Source: an uncultured Candidatus Saccharibacteria bacterium
Lineage (GTDB): Bacteria; Patescibacteriota; Minisyncoccia; UBA6257; UBA11618
NCBI GenBank assembly: GCA_964363475.1
Contig: CAYIII010000001.1
Span: 2,170 to 66,169 of the forward strand
DNA length: 64,000 nucleotides
Reading direction: 5' to 3'
Below the pieces are notes generated by a model. The model was not told the origin of the DNA and made no database searches. It saw only the letters and a program-made list of their open reading frames with translations. Numbering within the stretch: the stretch's first letter is position 1; each line of letters starts with the position of its first letter. Below, one piece after another: positions 54,613 to 64,000 of the stretch. The position numbers and the translations under genes were made by a program.

Positions 54613-56295
54613 TTATAATCCGGCCTCTTCGCGAAGGTCTATTATTTCTCTTTGAGTCATATCCATTAATGAACGTTTTATCTCTCCACACACCTTATCA
54701 ACAAATTCATATTCTTTTGAAGTCAGCTCTCTTTCTCTCTCCAGATAAGCGCGCAGAGCATCTCTTTCTTCATCAACGAAGGTTCTGCTCATGCCCTTGT
54801 AAATCAATCTATCTCGGTAGACATCAGTATCTAAATTGCAAAACAAACCATTTTCGTCTAAATAAGAGTTGATTTCAGTAGCCAAATTATAAGACGGACC
54901 GAATAAAGTGTCGTAAGCAAAACTTCTCGGCGTTTCTCTCCTAATATTTTCTCCATAAAATGTATTAATTAAATCATAACAAGACAAACTATTTATAAAA
55001 GCGGCGTCGGTTGTTGAGCCGCCTCTTTTAGCCAGTGACCTATAATAAAGCTCCATAAACCCACCAACATCACCACCAACACCAAGACCGAGACCGCCCG
55101 CTATTTTGGCAAGTTTGCTGGCAGTGCCAGTAAGGACTTCCTTTCCAGCCAATGCCTTTAGACGCGCCCACGCCGACATAACTTCTGTTGTGGGATTTGG
55201 TGAAGAAATAGGCGGTTTCGGCACAGCAATCGGTCGACTTTTTACTATCTTTTCTTCCGCCTCATCAAGTGTGATATCACCGGATTCTTTCATCATTTTT
55301 ATTATTTTGGAAGCCTCATCGTCGGGCAGAGGCTTATCAGCCGGAAAACTCTTCATTTTACTTAAAATTCTTTTTAGTTCTTCTCGTCGCGCCGCCTCTT
55401 CGGGAGTTAAAGGAGCCCCGCCGCCAGGAAGAGCCGCGCCACCTCTAGTCATAGTTGTTCCCGGGATTGGATCGGGCTCTGTGATTAAGGTCATTCTTTC
55501 CGGCATTTTTATCCTAGCCTCAACAACAGGTCCGCCCCCTTCCTTAATAATCCTTTTAAGATACGCAGTCTCTTCTTCGCGTAGTCTCTTTTCTATTTCT
55601 AATATTTTCGATTGATTATCTTTAAATAATCCTATAAGTCTTTGATCTTCTGAGGAATCAGTTAAGGACTCTTCTAATATTCTTTTTGTGTTTATTGCGT
55701 ATTCTAAAGCTTTTTTAGATGCCGTAACTTGTTGCTCAAGTATGTCCATATCTATCTTCGTCATCCTTCCTAATCCTCTAAGACCCCTCTCGCTCATCGC
55801 CTTATCAGGACTGAGCGTCATTTCTATATAACGCCGATAAAATTTTCCATAGTGCTCGTCCCTAACAACTCCACCGGGAATAACTCCACCACCAAAAAAA
55901 GCTGGTTTTGTTTTGACCGTAAATACTATAAAATCGTCTCTTCCGTAGGTAAGAAGGGTTCCTCCCGTATTAATATCAAATATGTCCCCTAATTCCCCAA
56001 ATCTAAAGCCCACAACTCTGCCACTCCCATCAAAGACCATATCATATCTATTACGAACAATTCTTCCGCTCGCTAGCTCAAACTCTCTAATTTTTGCCAG
56101 GGCACCAGAAACATTCCACGTTGTATCTGCGGATAACTCGGGTGACCCCGGAAATTCTAGAAACCTTTTGGGGTCGAAGTCAGGGAAATCAGGGTTGTCG
56201 GGAAAAGGATTAAGCTCATCAGCCCTAACAACATTCAATTGAGAAAAAAATATTAGAAGAAGAATAGTCAGCGTTATTCTTGTATAAAAACTCAC
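54613..56295 (-). CDS. hypothetical secreted protein (560 aa)
   Basis: Cleavable signal-like N-terminus (LLLIFFSQLNVVRA), Gly/Pro-rich central segment, no recognisable domain. Confidence 0.45.
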   Translation of the reverse strand: MSFYTRITLTILLLIFFSQLNVVRADELNPFPDNPDFPDFDPKRFLEFPGSPELSADTTWNVSGALAKIREFELASGRIVRNRYDMVFDGSGRVVGFRFGELGDIFDINTGGTLLTYGRDDFIVFTVKTKPAFFGGGVIPGGVVRDEHYGKFYRRYIEMTLSPDKAMSERGLRGLGRMTKIDMDILEQQVTASKKALEYAINTKRILEESLTDSSEDQRLIGLFKDNQSKILEIEKRLREEETAYLKRIIKEGGGPVVEARIKMPERMTLITEPDPIPGTTMTRGGAALPGGGAPLTPEEAARREELKRILSKMKSFPADKPLPDDEASKIIKMMKESGDITLDEAEEKIVKSRPIAVPKPPISSPNPTTEVMSAWARLKALAGKEVLTGTASKLAKIAGGLGLGVGGDVGGFMELYYRSLAKRGGSTTDAAFINSLSCYDLINTFYGENIRRETPRSFAYDTLFGPSYNLATEINSYLDENGLFCNLDTDVYRDRLIYKGMSRTFVDEERDALRAYLERERELTSKEYEFVDKVCGEIKRSLMDMTQREIIDLREEAGL

Positions 56296-56330
56296 AATGT
56301 AATTGTATCACGCCCAATAATTGCTTTGAC

Positions 56331-56358
56331 TTGACAAGCATTTTCTCTTATATATACT
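56331..56358 (+). promoter_or_regulatory. candidate sigma-70-type promoter (TTGACA, about 16 bp spacer, TATACT) upstream of the small acidic ORF and PBP1A
   Basis: Direct reading only. Confidence 0.3.
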
Positions 56359-56436
56359 TCTTATGATTAACTATGAAATTTAAATTTATAAAGGTCGTAA
56401 TTTTGTAATTTATTTGTAATTTATCAAACATAAACC

Positions 56437-56565
56437 ATGAGTCCTTATAATGAAGATGGATTACTGGAAGAATTAAGCGAGGATTCTGACCTTGACGAAG
56501 AAGAAGACAAAGAAGAAGAGCCGGGTTCAAAAGATGACGAGGAAAAGAATGACGAAAATTACTGA
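56437..56565 (+). CDS. small highly acidic hypothetical protein (42 aa)
   Basis: ORF MSPYNEDGLLEELSEDSDLDEEEDKEEEPGSKDDEEKNDENY; below the ORF-track size cut-off; 39 nt upstream of PBP1A. Confidence 0.3.
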   Translation: MSPYNEDGLLEELSEDSDLDEEEDKEEEPGSKDDEEKNDENY

Positions 56566-56604
56566 ACTAAAATCTCCCAACGAAATTGGGAGATTTTAAA
56601 ATAT

Positions 56605-58953
56605 ATGTCTAGAAAAATATTAATCTACGGATTTTTAGGAATTTGCGCTCTAGCATTGGGAGGATTTTTTTATATTGAATTATTATTTAGAAACCTTCCT
56701 AATCCAACCCTATTTGACCAACGGCAAGTAGCGCAATCAACTAAAATTTATGATAAAACGGGCGAAGTTTTGCTCTATGAACTTTATGGAGAGCAAAAAA
56801 GGACGGTTATCCCGTTTGAGGAAATTCCGGAAATAATCAAAAATGCCTCTTTAATTATTGAGGATAAGGAATTTTATAATCATCCCGCCTTTGATTGGAA
56901 ATCCATTATAAGAGCAGCAATTATAAATTTAACCAGCGGACGCATTGTCCAAGGAGGGTCAACTATAACGCAACAATTAGCCAAAAACGCCTTCTTAAGT
57001 TCGGAAAGGACAATTAACAGAAAAATTAAGGAATTGCTCTTGGCTTTTCGTTTAGAAAAAAAATACACCAAAGACCAAATTCTAAATTTATATTTAAATC
57101 AGATTCCTTATGGAACGAATGCTTATGGCATAGAAGCGGCCGCGCAGACCTATTTTCAAAAAAAGGCCAAGAATTTAAATTTAGCCGAAGCCGCCTTATT
57201 GGCCAGTTTACCCAAAGCTCCCAGTTACTATTCTCCATGGGGCGAACATAAAGAAGAACTTACCGGACGCAAAAACTATATTATAGACCAAATGGCCGCG
57301 GCTAAGATGATTAGCGAAGAAGAAGCCGCCGAAGCTAAAAAAATTGAAATAGAATTTGCCCCGCAGACCATTAGCATCAACGCCCCTCATTTTGTAATAA
57401 CGATTCAGGATTATTTAAACAGCCATTATGGAGAGGATTTTGTCAGAAGCGCCGGATTAAAAGTTACAACAACTCTTGATTGGAAAATGCAACAATTAGC
57501 GGAAAAAGTGGTCGCCGAAGGAGCCGAAAATAATGAAAAATTATATAAAGGGAAAAATGCCGCTTTGGTCGCTCAAGACGCGAAAACAGGACAAATATTA
57601 GCCCTGGTTGGCTCCAGAAATTATTTTGATGAAGAAGTGGACGGCAACTTTAATGTTGCCACCCAAGGACTAAGACAGCCCGGTTCCGCCATTAAACCCA
57701 TCGCTTATTTAACGGCATTTATTAAAGGATATACTCCGGACTCCATAGTTTTTGATTTAGAAACAGAGTTTAATACCACGGACGAAGAAGAAAAAAGTTA
57801 TAAACCGCAAAATTATGACGAACAATTTCGCGGTCCCGTGACTATGAGGAACGGATTGGCGCAGTCAATAAACGTTCCGTCGGTAAAAACCCTTTATTTG
57901 GCGGGATTAGATGAGACATTAAAGAACGCTAAAAAAATGGGTATAACAACACTAACCGAAAGAAGCCGCTATGGTCTTTCGTTGGCGCTGGGAGGCGGCG
58001 AAGTCAAACTTATTGATTTAGTGGGCGCTTATTCGGTATTCAGCCAAGACGGCATAAAACATAAACAGGTATTTATTTTAAAAATAGAAGATAGTCAAGG
58101 TGAAATCATTGAAGAATATAAAGACCAATCGGAACAGATTATAGAACCGCAATATGTAAGATTAATAAATGATATTTTAACGGATATAGAGGCCCGCTCT
58201 TTATTATTTAGTAATAGCTTGAGTTTAACGGTTTTTCCAAATCAAGAAGTGGCTTTAAAAACCGGCACGACAAACGATTACAGAGACGCTTGGGCGATGG
58301 GCTATACTCCGTCCTTAACTGTGGGCGTGTGGGCCGGAAACAACGATAATCAACCAATGGAAAAAAGGGGCGGTAGTATTCTGGCGGCCGTTCCTATCTG
58401 GAATGCGTTTTTAAAAGAAGCGCTTAAAGAAACGGCGCTAGAAACATTTCCCAGACCGGAAGTGATTTTGGTAGATAAGCCGATATTAAAAGGAGAATAT
58501 ATAATAAATAATGAAATTCACGATATTCTCTATTATATTGATAAAAATAATCCCCAAGGACAATCGCCGTCCGACCCAAAAAAGGACTCTCAATTTGAGA
58601 ATTGGGAGAAAGTAGTAAGGGACTGGGCACAAATTAATTTACCGGCTTTATCTAATAATAATCCGAATAATCAATCTGTTATTGAGTTTTTGAATTTACA
58701 AAACGGCCAAACCATAACTAATCCTCTTAATATCAGTATTAAAATAAAAAGTTCTCAAGATATTACTAAATTAGAAACATATTTCAACGATAAACTAATA
58801 GACCAAAAATTCCTGAACTTGGGAAAAGAATTTGATTATCAAATGAATTTTGACTTAACTTTGGAACTACAAAACAAATTCACAATTAAAACATTTGATG
58901 TTTTAAATAATATTATAACTAAAGAAATAATTTTATATTCTAATGGGCATTAG
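56605..58953 (+). CDS. penicillin-binding protein 1A (bifunctional transglycosylase/transpeptidase)
   Basis: GT51 motifs (EDKEFYNHPAFDW, GGSTITQQLAKN), transpeptidase SAIKP, SIN, KTGT. Confidence 0.88.
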   Translation: MSRKILIYGFLGICALALGGFFYIELLFRNLPNPTLFDQRQVAQSTKIYDKTGEVLLYELYGEQKRTVIPFEEIPEIIKNASLIIEDKEFYNHPAFDWKSIIRAAIINLTSGRIVQGGSTITQQLAKNAFLSSERTINRKIKELLLAFRLEKKYTKDQILNLYLNQIPYGTNAYGIEAAAQTYFQKKAKNLNLAEAALLASLPKAPSYYSPWGEHKEELTGRKNYIIDQMAAAKMISEEEAAEAKKIEIEFAPQTISINAPHFVITIQDYLNSHYGEDFVRSAGLKVTTTLDWKMQQLAEKVVAEGAENNEKLYKGKNAALVAQDAKTGQILALVGSRNYFDEEVDGNFNVATQGLRQPGSAIKPIAYLTAFIKGYTPDSIVFDLETEFNTTDEEEKSYKPQNYDEQFRGPVTMRNGLAQSINVPSVKTLYLAGLDETLKNAKKMGITTLTERSRYGLSLALGGGEVKLIDLVGAYSVFSQDGIKHKQVFILKIEDSQGEIIEEYKDQSEQIIEPQYVRLINDILTDIEARSLLFSNSLSLTVFPNQEVALKTGTTNDYRDAWAMGYTPSLTVGVWAGNNDNQPMEKRGGSILAAVPIWNAFLKEALKETALETFPRPEVILVDKPILKGEYIINNEIHDILYYIDKNNPQGQSPSDPKKDSQFENWEKVVRDWAQINLPALSNNNPNNQSVIEFLNLQNGQTITNPLNISIKIKSSQDITKLETYFNDKLIDQKFLNLGKEFDYQMNFDLTLELQNKFTIKTFDVLNNIITKEIILYSNGH

Positions 58954-60045
58954 AATATAAAAATAAGATTTATCTTCTATTGGTTTTAGTAATGACGGTT
59001 TATTATAACCATTGCTTCCAAAAAAAACATTTTCGCCTTCAATAATCCTCAATCCATCCAATAAATAACGCCAATTAAAAGCTATTCCTTCAAAATCAGC
59101 CCCTTTTACTTTAGCCGGTATTAAATAATTATTTTCTCCTAATAACTGATTTAAAGAATATACTTCCAGGGTCTTCTGATTATTTTTAATCGCTAACCTA
59201 ATATCGTTTGTTTTCCCGCTGAAATTACTGACTAATTTAACCGAATTAATAAAATGATTTTTATTTAAAATAACTTCAGTTTCTATTTCTTTGGGAATAA
59301 TTTGCTCATAATCGGGGTAATTACCATCAATTAATCGAGAGATTAATTCGGTGGTGTTATTTTTAAATAATATCTGATTATTATCCAAAGATATTCTTAT
59401 AGGCATGTCATTAGAAAATATCCTTACTACTTCTTGAATTGTTTTTAACGGAATTATAATTTTAAAACTTTTATCAAAATTATGTTTAAATTGACTGCTG
59501 TTTAGGGTTTTTTCTGCTAAACGAAAACTGTCGGTTGTCACTAATTTTAATATCGTTAATTGAAAATCAAATAGAACTCCGCTTATTTCCGGCCTAATAT
59601 CGGATATTTGAGCCGCGTTTATCACTTTACTAATCGCGTCTTTAAAAGTTACTGGTTCTATTTCTAAGTAATTACTAGTATTTTCTAATTTTGGAATTAT
59701 AGGAAACTCATCTTCATGAATCCCCTGTATTTTGGCCTCATAATTATCGGTTTTAAAAATAAAATTATTATCAACTTTTTCTAAATTAATCCGTTCGTGA
59801 TTAGTATTATTAACAATGTTGTAAAAAGTATGAAAAGGCACTGTTAAACATCCTTCTTCTATTATTTTTCCGGAAATTACTTTTGTAATAGCTAATTCTA
59901 AATTAGTCGTTACCAGTTTAATTTTACCGTCAATTGTTTTTAATAAGACATTTTTTAATATCGGTAAATTAGAATTATCGGTAACAGCTCTTTCTGTTAT
60001 AGATAAACCGTCTTTTAAATTATCCTTAAACATTATTACTTTCAT
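58933..60045 (-). CDS. dnaN: DNA polymerase III subunit beta
   Basis: 370 aa, three-domain sliding clamp pattern; immediately downstream of dnaA. Confidence 0.8.
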   Translation of the reverse strand: MKVIMFKDNLKDGLSITERAVTDNSNLPILKNVLLKTIDGKIKLVTTNLELAITKVISGKIIEEGCLTVPFHTFYNIVNNTNHERINLEKVDNNFIFKTDNYEAKIQGIHEDEFPIIPKLENTSNYLEIEPVTFKDAISKVINAAQISDIRPEISGVLFDFQLTILKLVTTDSFRLAEKTLNSSQFKHNFDKSFKIIIPLKTIQEVVRIFSNDMPIRISLDNNQILFKNNTTELISRLIDGNYPDYEQIIPKEIETEVILNKNHFINSVKLVSNFSGKTNDIRLAIKNNQKTLEVYSLNQLLGENNYLIPAKVKGADFEGIAFNWRYLLDGLRIIEGENVFFGSNGYNKPSLLKPIEDKSYFYILMPIRI

Positions 60046-60221
60046 ATTATTTATTTAATATATTTATTAGTAGTTAATAGTAGCACTTTTAATTTTTGTT
60101 GATAACTCATTTTTATTGCATTATTCCTCATATTTTTCATTTAATAAATTGTTTATAAAATCTTAAGTAATTCTGATATTATTGTTTATAATCTTTAATC
60201 GTCAATCTTTTCCACATTTAA
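60046..60221. promoter_or_regulatory. AT-rich dnaA-dnaN intergenic region; candidate DNA-unwinding element or secondary oriC module
   Basis: 176 bp of very high A+T with a DnaA-box-like TGTTGATAA at 60097-60105. Confidence 0.4.
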
Positions 60222-61580
60222 TTAATTTTTTATTAACCTGTCTTTAATAGTTAAAATATTTTGGCTTAACGTCTGATTATTACTTAATTCCCTGGTAATT
60301 TTTTCACAAGCGTATATAACGGTGGTATGGTCTCGTTTCCCCAGCCTTTCCCCAATAAAAGGATAAGAAAGACTTAAAATATCTCTTAATAAATAAGCGG
60401 TTATTTGTCTGCATTCCACTAATTCTTTTTTTCTGCTACGGCTAATTAAATCACTGGGAGATATTTCAAAATAATCGGCCACGGTCTTAATTATTTGGTC
60501 GGGGCCGATATTTTTTACCGGCTCTTTAATAACTTCACTCATGATTTGTTCTGCTAATTTTGTGGTTATTTCTAAATTCTTAACTTGCTGATAAAAAAGG
60601 ATTCTATTTAAAATACCTTCTAATTCCCTTAATCCCTTTCTAACTTTGTTGGCAATACAATTAACCACCTCGTCATTTAAGACCGCTCCCTTGCTAGCAA
60701 GTTTATTTTTTAAAACAGCCACTTTTAATTCATAATCGGGATATGTAATGTCAACAATCATCCCCCCTTCAAATCTAGACCTCAATCGTTCTTCTAAAAT
60801 TGGTATAAAACGCGGCGATCTGTCGGAAGATAAAACTATTTGCTTGTTGGCCTCATATAAAGCGTTGAAGGTATGAAAAAACTCTTCTTCAGTTCGGGCC
60901 TTTCCTCCCACAAATTGGATGTCATCAATAATTAAAACATCCACCATCCTATACTTATCTTTAATGGTCTCCATTCTTTTATTTCTCATTGCCCAAATCA
61001 CTTCATTAGTGAACTTTTCAGAGGGAACATATCGTATTTTGATTTTATTTTCATATAATTTATTAATCTCATTGCCCAATCCTTGGATAAGATGGGTCTT
61101 CCCTACCCCTACTCCGCCGTAAATAAATAAAGGATTATATTTTTTGCCTATATTTTTCAACACGGCCGACACGGCCGCGTGCGCCATTTCATTGGAAGAG
61201 CCAACCACAAACGAATCTAACGTATAGCTTGGATTTAAATTGGTCTCGGGGTCAACTTTTAATTCCGAAAAAACCAACTGATGATTTTTTTCGGACAGAT
61301 TTGCGCTTTTGCCCGCCGTTGATGCTAATTGATTGCCATGAACGCAATATTCAACCTTACGAATATTACTGTCAATGTTTCTTAGAGCCCCTAAAATTAT
61401 TTTGTGATACTTATTTTCCACCCACTCTTTAGCGAAATTATTAGGCAGGCCGACTGTCATCGCTCCGCTTTCTTTATTGCTAATTAGTTTGCTGTTTTTT
61501 AACCAAGTGGCAAAATTGGGGCGAGAAACCTGTAATTCAATTTCACCCAACGCTTTTTCCCACAAGGAATTTAAATCCAT
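60222..61580 (-). CDS. dnaA: chromosomal replication initiator DnaA
   Basis: Walker A GGVGVGKTHL, Walker B, C-terminal DNA-binding signature (ISPSDLISRSRKKELVECRQITAYLLR). Confidence 0.92.
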   Translation of the reverse strand: MDLNSLWEKALGEIELQVSRPNFATWLKNSKLISNKESGAMTVGLPNNFAKEWVENKYHKIILGALRNIDSNIRKVEYCVHGNQLASTAGKSANLSEKNHQLVFSELKVDPETNLNPSYTLDSFVVGSSNEMAHAAVSAVLKNIGKKYNPLFIYGGVGVGKTHLIQGLGNEINKLYENKIKIRYVPSEKFTNEVIWAMRNKRMETIKDKYRMVDVLIIDDIQFVGGKARTEEEFFHTFNALYEANKQIVLSSDRSPRFIPILEERLRSRFEGGMIVDITYPDYELKVAVLKNKLASKGAVLNDEVVNCIANKVRKGLRELEGILNRILFYQQVKNLEITTKLAEQIMSEVIKEPVKNIGPDQIIKTVADYFEISPSDLISRSRKKELVECRQITAYLLRDILSLSYPFIGERLGKRDHTTVIYACEKITRELSNNQTLSQNILTIKDRLIKN

Positions 61581-61635
61581 AGTTTCATTCTAGTGCGTGA
61601 CTGGTCTCGGTCAATAGTGACATAAGTTCAATATG

Positions 61636-61655
61636 TGTTGATAAGGTGTGGATAA
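61636..61655. promoter_or_regulatory. two adjacent DnaA boxes (TGTTGATAA, TGTGGATAA) between divergent dnaA and rpmH
   Basis: Direct reading; TGTGGATAA is the reverse complement of the consensus TTATCCACA. Confidence 0.6.
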
Positions 61656-61672
61656 CCTGCTAGAATATCCAA

Positions 61673-61807
61673 ATGAGTAGGACCTATCAGCCAAAAAAGA
61701 AAAAAAGAAGAAGGACTCACGGATTTCTAAAAAGAATGAGAATGGTAGGCGGCAGAAGGGCGTTAAGAAAGCGTCGTCAGAAGGGAAGACATAAGCTTAC
61801 CGTATAA
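61673..61807 (+). CDS. rpmH: 50S ribosomal protein L34
   Basis: 44-aa basic [47 protein letters not shown]; below the ORF-track size cut-off. Confidence 0.9.
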   Translation: MSRTYQPKKKKRRRTHGFLKRMRMVGGRRALRKRRQKGRHKLTV

Positions 61808-62118
61808 TGTTGCCTAAAAAGAGCCGCTTGCCCATACAAGAATTGTTGGATAAGAGAGGAAAGACCCATCGCGGCGATTTTTTTACCATAAAGGTTTTTT
61901 TTAATAACTTTTCTTACAGCAGGTTTGGAATTATTATTAGCAAGAAAGTAGTCAATTCTGCCGTTCAAAGGAATAAAATAAAACGAATGCTGTTTTCGGC
62001 CCTGGAGTTGATTGTGGATAAATGGCAAAAGGCGGATTATTTAGTAGTGCTCAATAATTGGAAAGAATTAAATCAAAAACAAGTTAATGATCAATTTATT
62101 TCATACATTTTTCACTAA
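61807..62118 (+). CDS. rnpA: ribonuclease P protein component
   Basis: Start overlaps the rpmH stop (ATAATG). Basic RNase P protein-like sequence with the RNR-type motif NKIKRMLF. Confidence 0.75.
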   Translation: MLPKKSRLPIQELLDKRGKTHRGDFFTIKVFFNNFSYSRFGIIISKKVVNSAVQRNKIKRMLFSALELIVDKWQKADYLVVLNNWKELNQKQVNDQFISYIFH

Positions 62119-62785
62119 TCCCTTAATTGACAGCTTGGTTTTCCTTTATAATCATGTCGCCTTTCAGGACTTGGGCGTAGCTATTATATTATTAACTCTT
62201 ATTATACGGCTGGCGCTCTTTCCTTTATTTTATAAAGGATTTCGTAACCAAACCTTATTACAAAAGATTCAGCCAGAAATAGAGAAAATCCAACAATTAC
62301 ATAAACACGACAGAGAGAAACAAGGGCTGGCGATGATGGAGTTGTACAGGCAACATAAAGTTAACCCGTTTTCCAGTTTTTTAATTATTTTAATACAACT
62401 ACCTATTTTAATAGGTCTCTATAATGTTTTTTTGCACCCTCCCGCCGGCTTAAATAATATTTTCTTAGGATTAGTGGACTTACAGAGCACGAATCTTTTA
62501 ATAGTGGCAACGGCGACTATTTTGCAGTATTTTCAAGGTAAATTAAGCTTGCCGAAAGCAAGGGCAGGGCAAGAAAATTCGCCCTCTTTCAAAATGGCAA
62601 GAAATATGATATTTTTAGGGCCACTGATTACAGTTGCTGTTTTGTACAATCTGCCATCGGCTATCGGACTCTATTGGCTTGCCACCACTATTTTCTCTAT
62701 AGGACAACAATTGTATATTAATAAACAACTGGAAAAAGAAGACAAAAATGGAACCACTGCAACAGACAACTCAAAAAATAGTTGA
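62087..62785 (+). CDS. yidC: membrane protein insertase YidC (short form)
   Basis: Conserved TM1-TM2 region (LLTLIIRLALFPL...KIQPEIEKIQQ...MELYRQHKVNP). Confidence 0.8.
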   Translation: MINLFHTFFTNPLIDSLVFLYNHVAFQDLGVAIILLTLIIRLALFPLFYKGFRNQTLLQKIQPEIEKIQQLHKHDREKQGLAMMELYRQHKVNPFSSFLIILIQLPILIGLYNVFLHPPAGLNNIFLGLVDLQSTNLLIVATATILQYFQGKLSLPKARAGQENSPSFKMARNMIFLGPLITVAVLYNLPSAIGLYWLATTIFSIGQQLYINKQLEKEDKNGTTATDNSKNS

Positions 62786-63182
62786 ATTAATGGGATTTAA
62801 GGATATTAGCGTAAGTTTTGACGCGGCGGGGCGCAGAATCTCTATTCTTATCAATGACGGCGAATGGATAAAGGAATGGCTACCGAAAATGATTAGCGAT
62901 TTTTCTCATATAGTTCGTTTGCTGGGAAAAAAGAATAACATCAGCGAAAACATTTATATTGATGTTAATAATTACAGAAAAGAAAGAGAAAGGATTATTT
63001 TGGAGCTGGCAAGAGCCGCCGCCAGAAAAGCCACCACGACAAAAGAAGAGATTAAACTGCCGGCGATGAACGCTTACGAAAGAAGATTAATCCACACAGA
63101 GTTATCCGCCCGTCCCGATGTTAAGACGGAAAGCATTGGCGAAAAGTTAGAGCGTTACGTTATTATAAAACCCTTATTATAA
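62748..63182 (+). CDS. jag: Jag/KhpB-like RNA-binding protein (KH and R3H domains)
   Basis: R3H motif (ERRLIHTELSARPDV), position after yidC. Confidence 0.75.
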   Translation: MEPLQQTTQKIVELMGFKDISVSFDAAGRRISILINDGEWIKEWLPKMISDFSHIVRLLGKKNNISENIYIDVNNYRKERERIILELARAAARKATTTKEEIKLPAMNAYERRLIHTELSARPDVKTESIGEKLERYVIIKPLL

Positions 63183-64000
63183 ATCAATCTTATATACTTT
63201 ATTATCGTAACGATTCGTAAAATATAAGTCGTCATTTATAACCATTAAGTTGACGGCGTCCAGCTTTTGGTCGCCTGTTTGGCTAAGTATTATTTGCGAT
63301 TTAGTCGGATTAACCGTTAAAGATATTATTTGGTCTTCCGAATAAAACTTATTTTTTAAATAGTCGTCTGGAAGCGCCGTGTTAGACGGCATTGTTTTTG
63401 GAACGGCGCAATATATTTTTTCTTCGTTATTGTTGGAAAAAGCGCATTTATTAGGCAGGGTTATAAAGGGCAGGCCAATCACTTGGCCGGTTTTATTATT
63501 TATTAGAGATAATTCTCCGTTAAACTTTAAAACCAGATTACCGTCTTTGGACCAATTTGCCATTAAGCCGGGTTCGTTTTGAAAAATATAATCCAGATTT
63601 TTATTTTTTAAATTATAACTCCAAATTGATGAGGGTATAAGAATTGACGGTTTTTCAATAATAAATACTTCGTCGGGCTTAACCCAGGCGACATTTACAT
63701 CTTCCAGGTTAATTTTTACCGCTTGCAGAACCTTATTTGTTTTTAGGTCAATAATTTTTAAGCCCCTTTCAAATTGAACTTTTTTAGTGTTATCGGGGTT
63801 AATGTCTTTGATAAAAAGTCCTTTGTAAAAATCTTCTTCCGACTCATCTGACACGGGCCTTAAAAGCGCTTCCGCTTCTTCTGCGGCGTCGGTATCGGGC
63901 AGTTGTTGCCCTGCCAATTCGGGCGCGTTAAAAACTTTTCTTCCTAAATAAAATATAAAAACAACGGATATGGCGATAACTATTGTTATTAAAATTATTA
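63177..64000 (-). CDS. hypothetical secreted or membrane-anchored protein; the N-terminus probably lies beyond the window end
   Basis: The ORF remains open upstream of M63917 into a hydrophobic segment (LILITIVIAISVVFIFYLG) that reaches position 64000. Confidence 0.4.
   Translation of the reverse strand, partial: IILITIVIAISVVFIFYLGRKVFNAPELAGQQLPDTDAAEEAEALLRPVSDESEEDFYKGLFIKDINPDNTKKVQFERGLKIIDLKTNKVLQAVKINLEDVNVAWVKPDEVFIIEKPSILIPSSIWSYNLKNKNLDYIFQNEPGLMANWSKDGNLVLKFNGELSLINNKTGQVIGLPFITLPNKCAFSNNNEEKIYCAVPKTMPSNTALPDDYLKNKFYSEDQIISLTVNPTKSQIILSQTGDQKLDAVNLMVINDDLYFTNRYDNKVYKIDL

Overview
This AT-rich 64-kb window has small, densely packed genes on both strands, many overlapping by a few nucleotides. 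Its content is mostly housekeeping and is consistent with a reduced-genome bacterium, possibly of the Candidate Phyla Radiation (an inference from gene content and protein lengths, not proven).

Recognisable genes include folD-glyA, two paralogous trypsin-like proteases, a PLD-family protein, tsaC, rny, gpmI, a short uvrC-like gene, secG, rnj, trpS, ileS, smpB plus tmRNA, infC-rpmI-rplT, a PolX, gdh, ruvA, uvrB, rpsT, holA, mutM, a split polA, tsaE, ruvB, a GspE/PilB-type ATPase, ruvC, PBP1A, and the dnaN-dnaA | rpmH-rnpA-yidC-jag origin neighbourhood with DnaA boxes. RNA genes are tRNA-His, tRNA-Arg(UCU), tRNA-Pro(UGG), tRNA-Leu(CAG), a tRNA-Phe(GAA) interrupted by a 231-nt group I intron, and a tmRNA whose 5' end overlaps the last codons of smpB.

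The unusual signal is a set of short repeat families:
- A roughly 40-bp element with a near-palindromic core TCCGCCAACTGGCGGA flanked by GGAAATTGG direct repeats. It sits in frame inside four essential or membrane genes (ileS, a Mur ligase, holA, an O-antigen-ligase-like gene), resembling Rickettsia palindromic elements.
- Tandemly duplicated 14-nt TTGGGAT-containing units inserted in frame in folD and ileS. The same motif recurs in two intergenic satellite-like regions.
- Two intergenic copies (300 and 220 nt) of a structured element closed by a 19-bp terminal helix that shows a compensatory base-pair change between copies. This looks like an ncRNA or a MITE-like structured repeat.

Other points of interest are a frameshifted free-standing LAGLIDADG homing endonuclease next to the intron-containing tRNA, a stand-alone Cas4-like nuclease, and UvrB and UvrC-like proteins that both appear to lack their mutual interaction domains.
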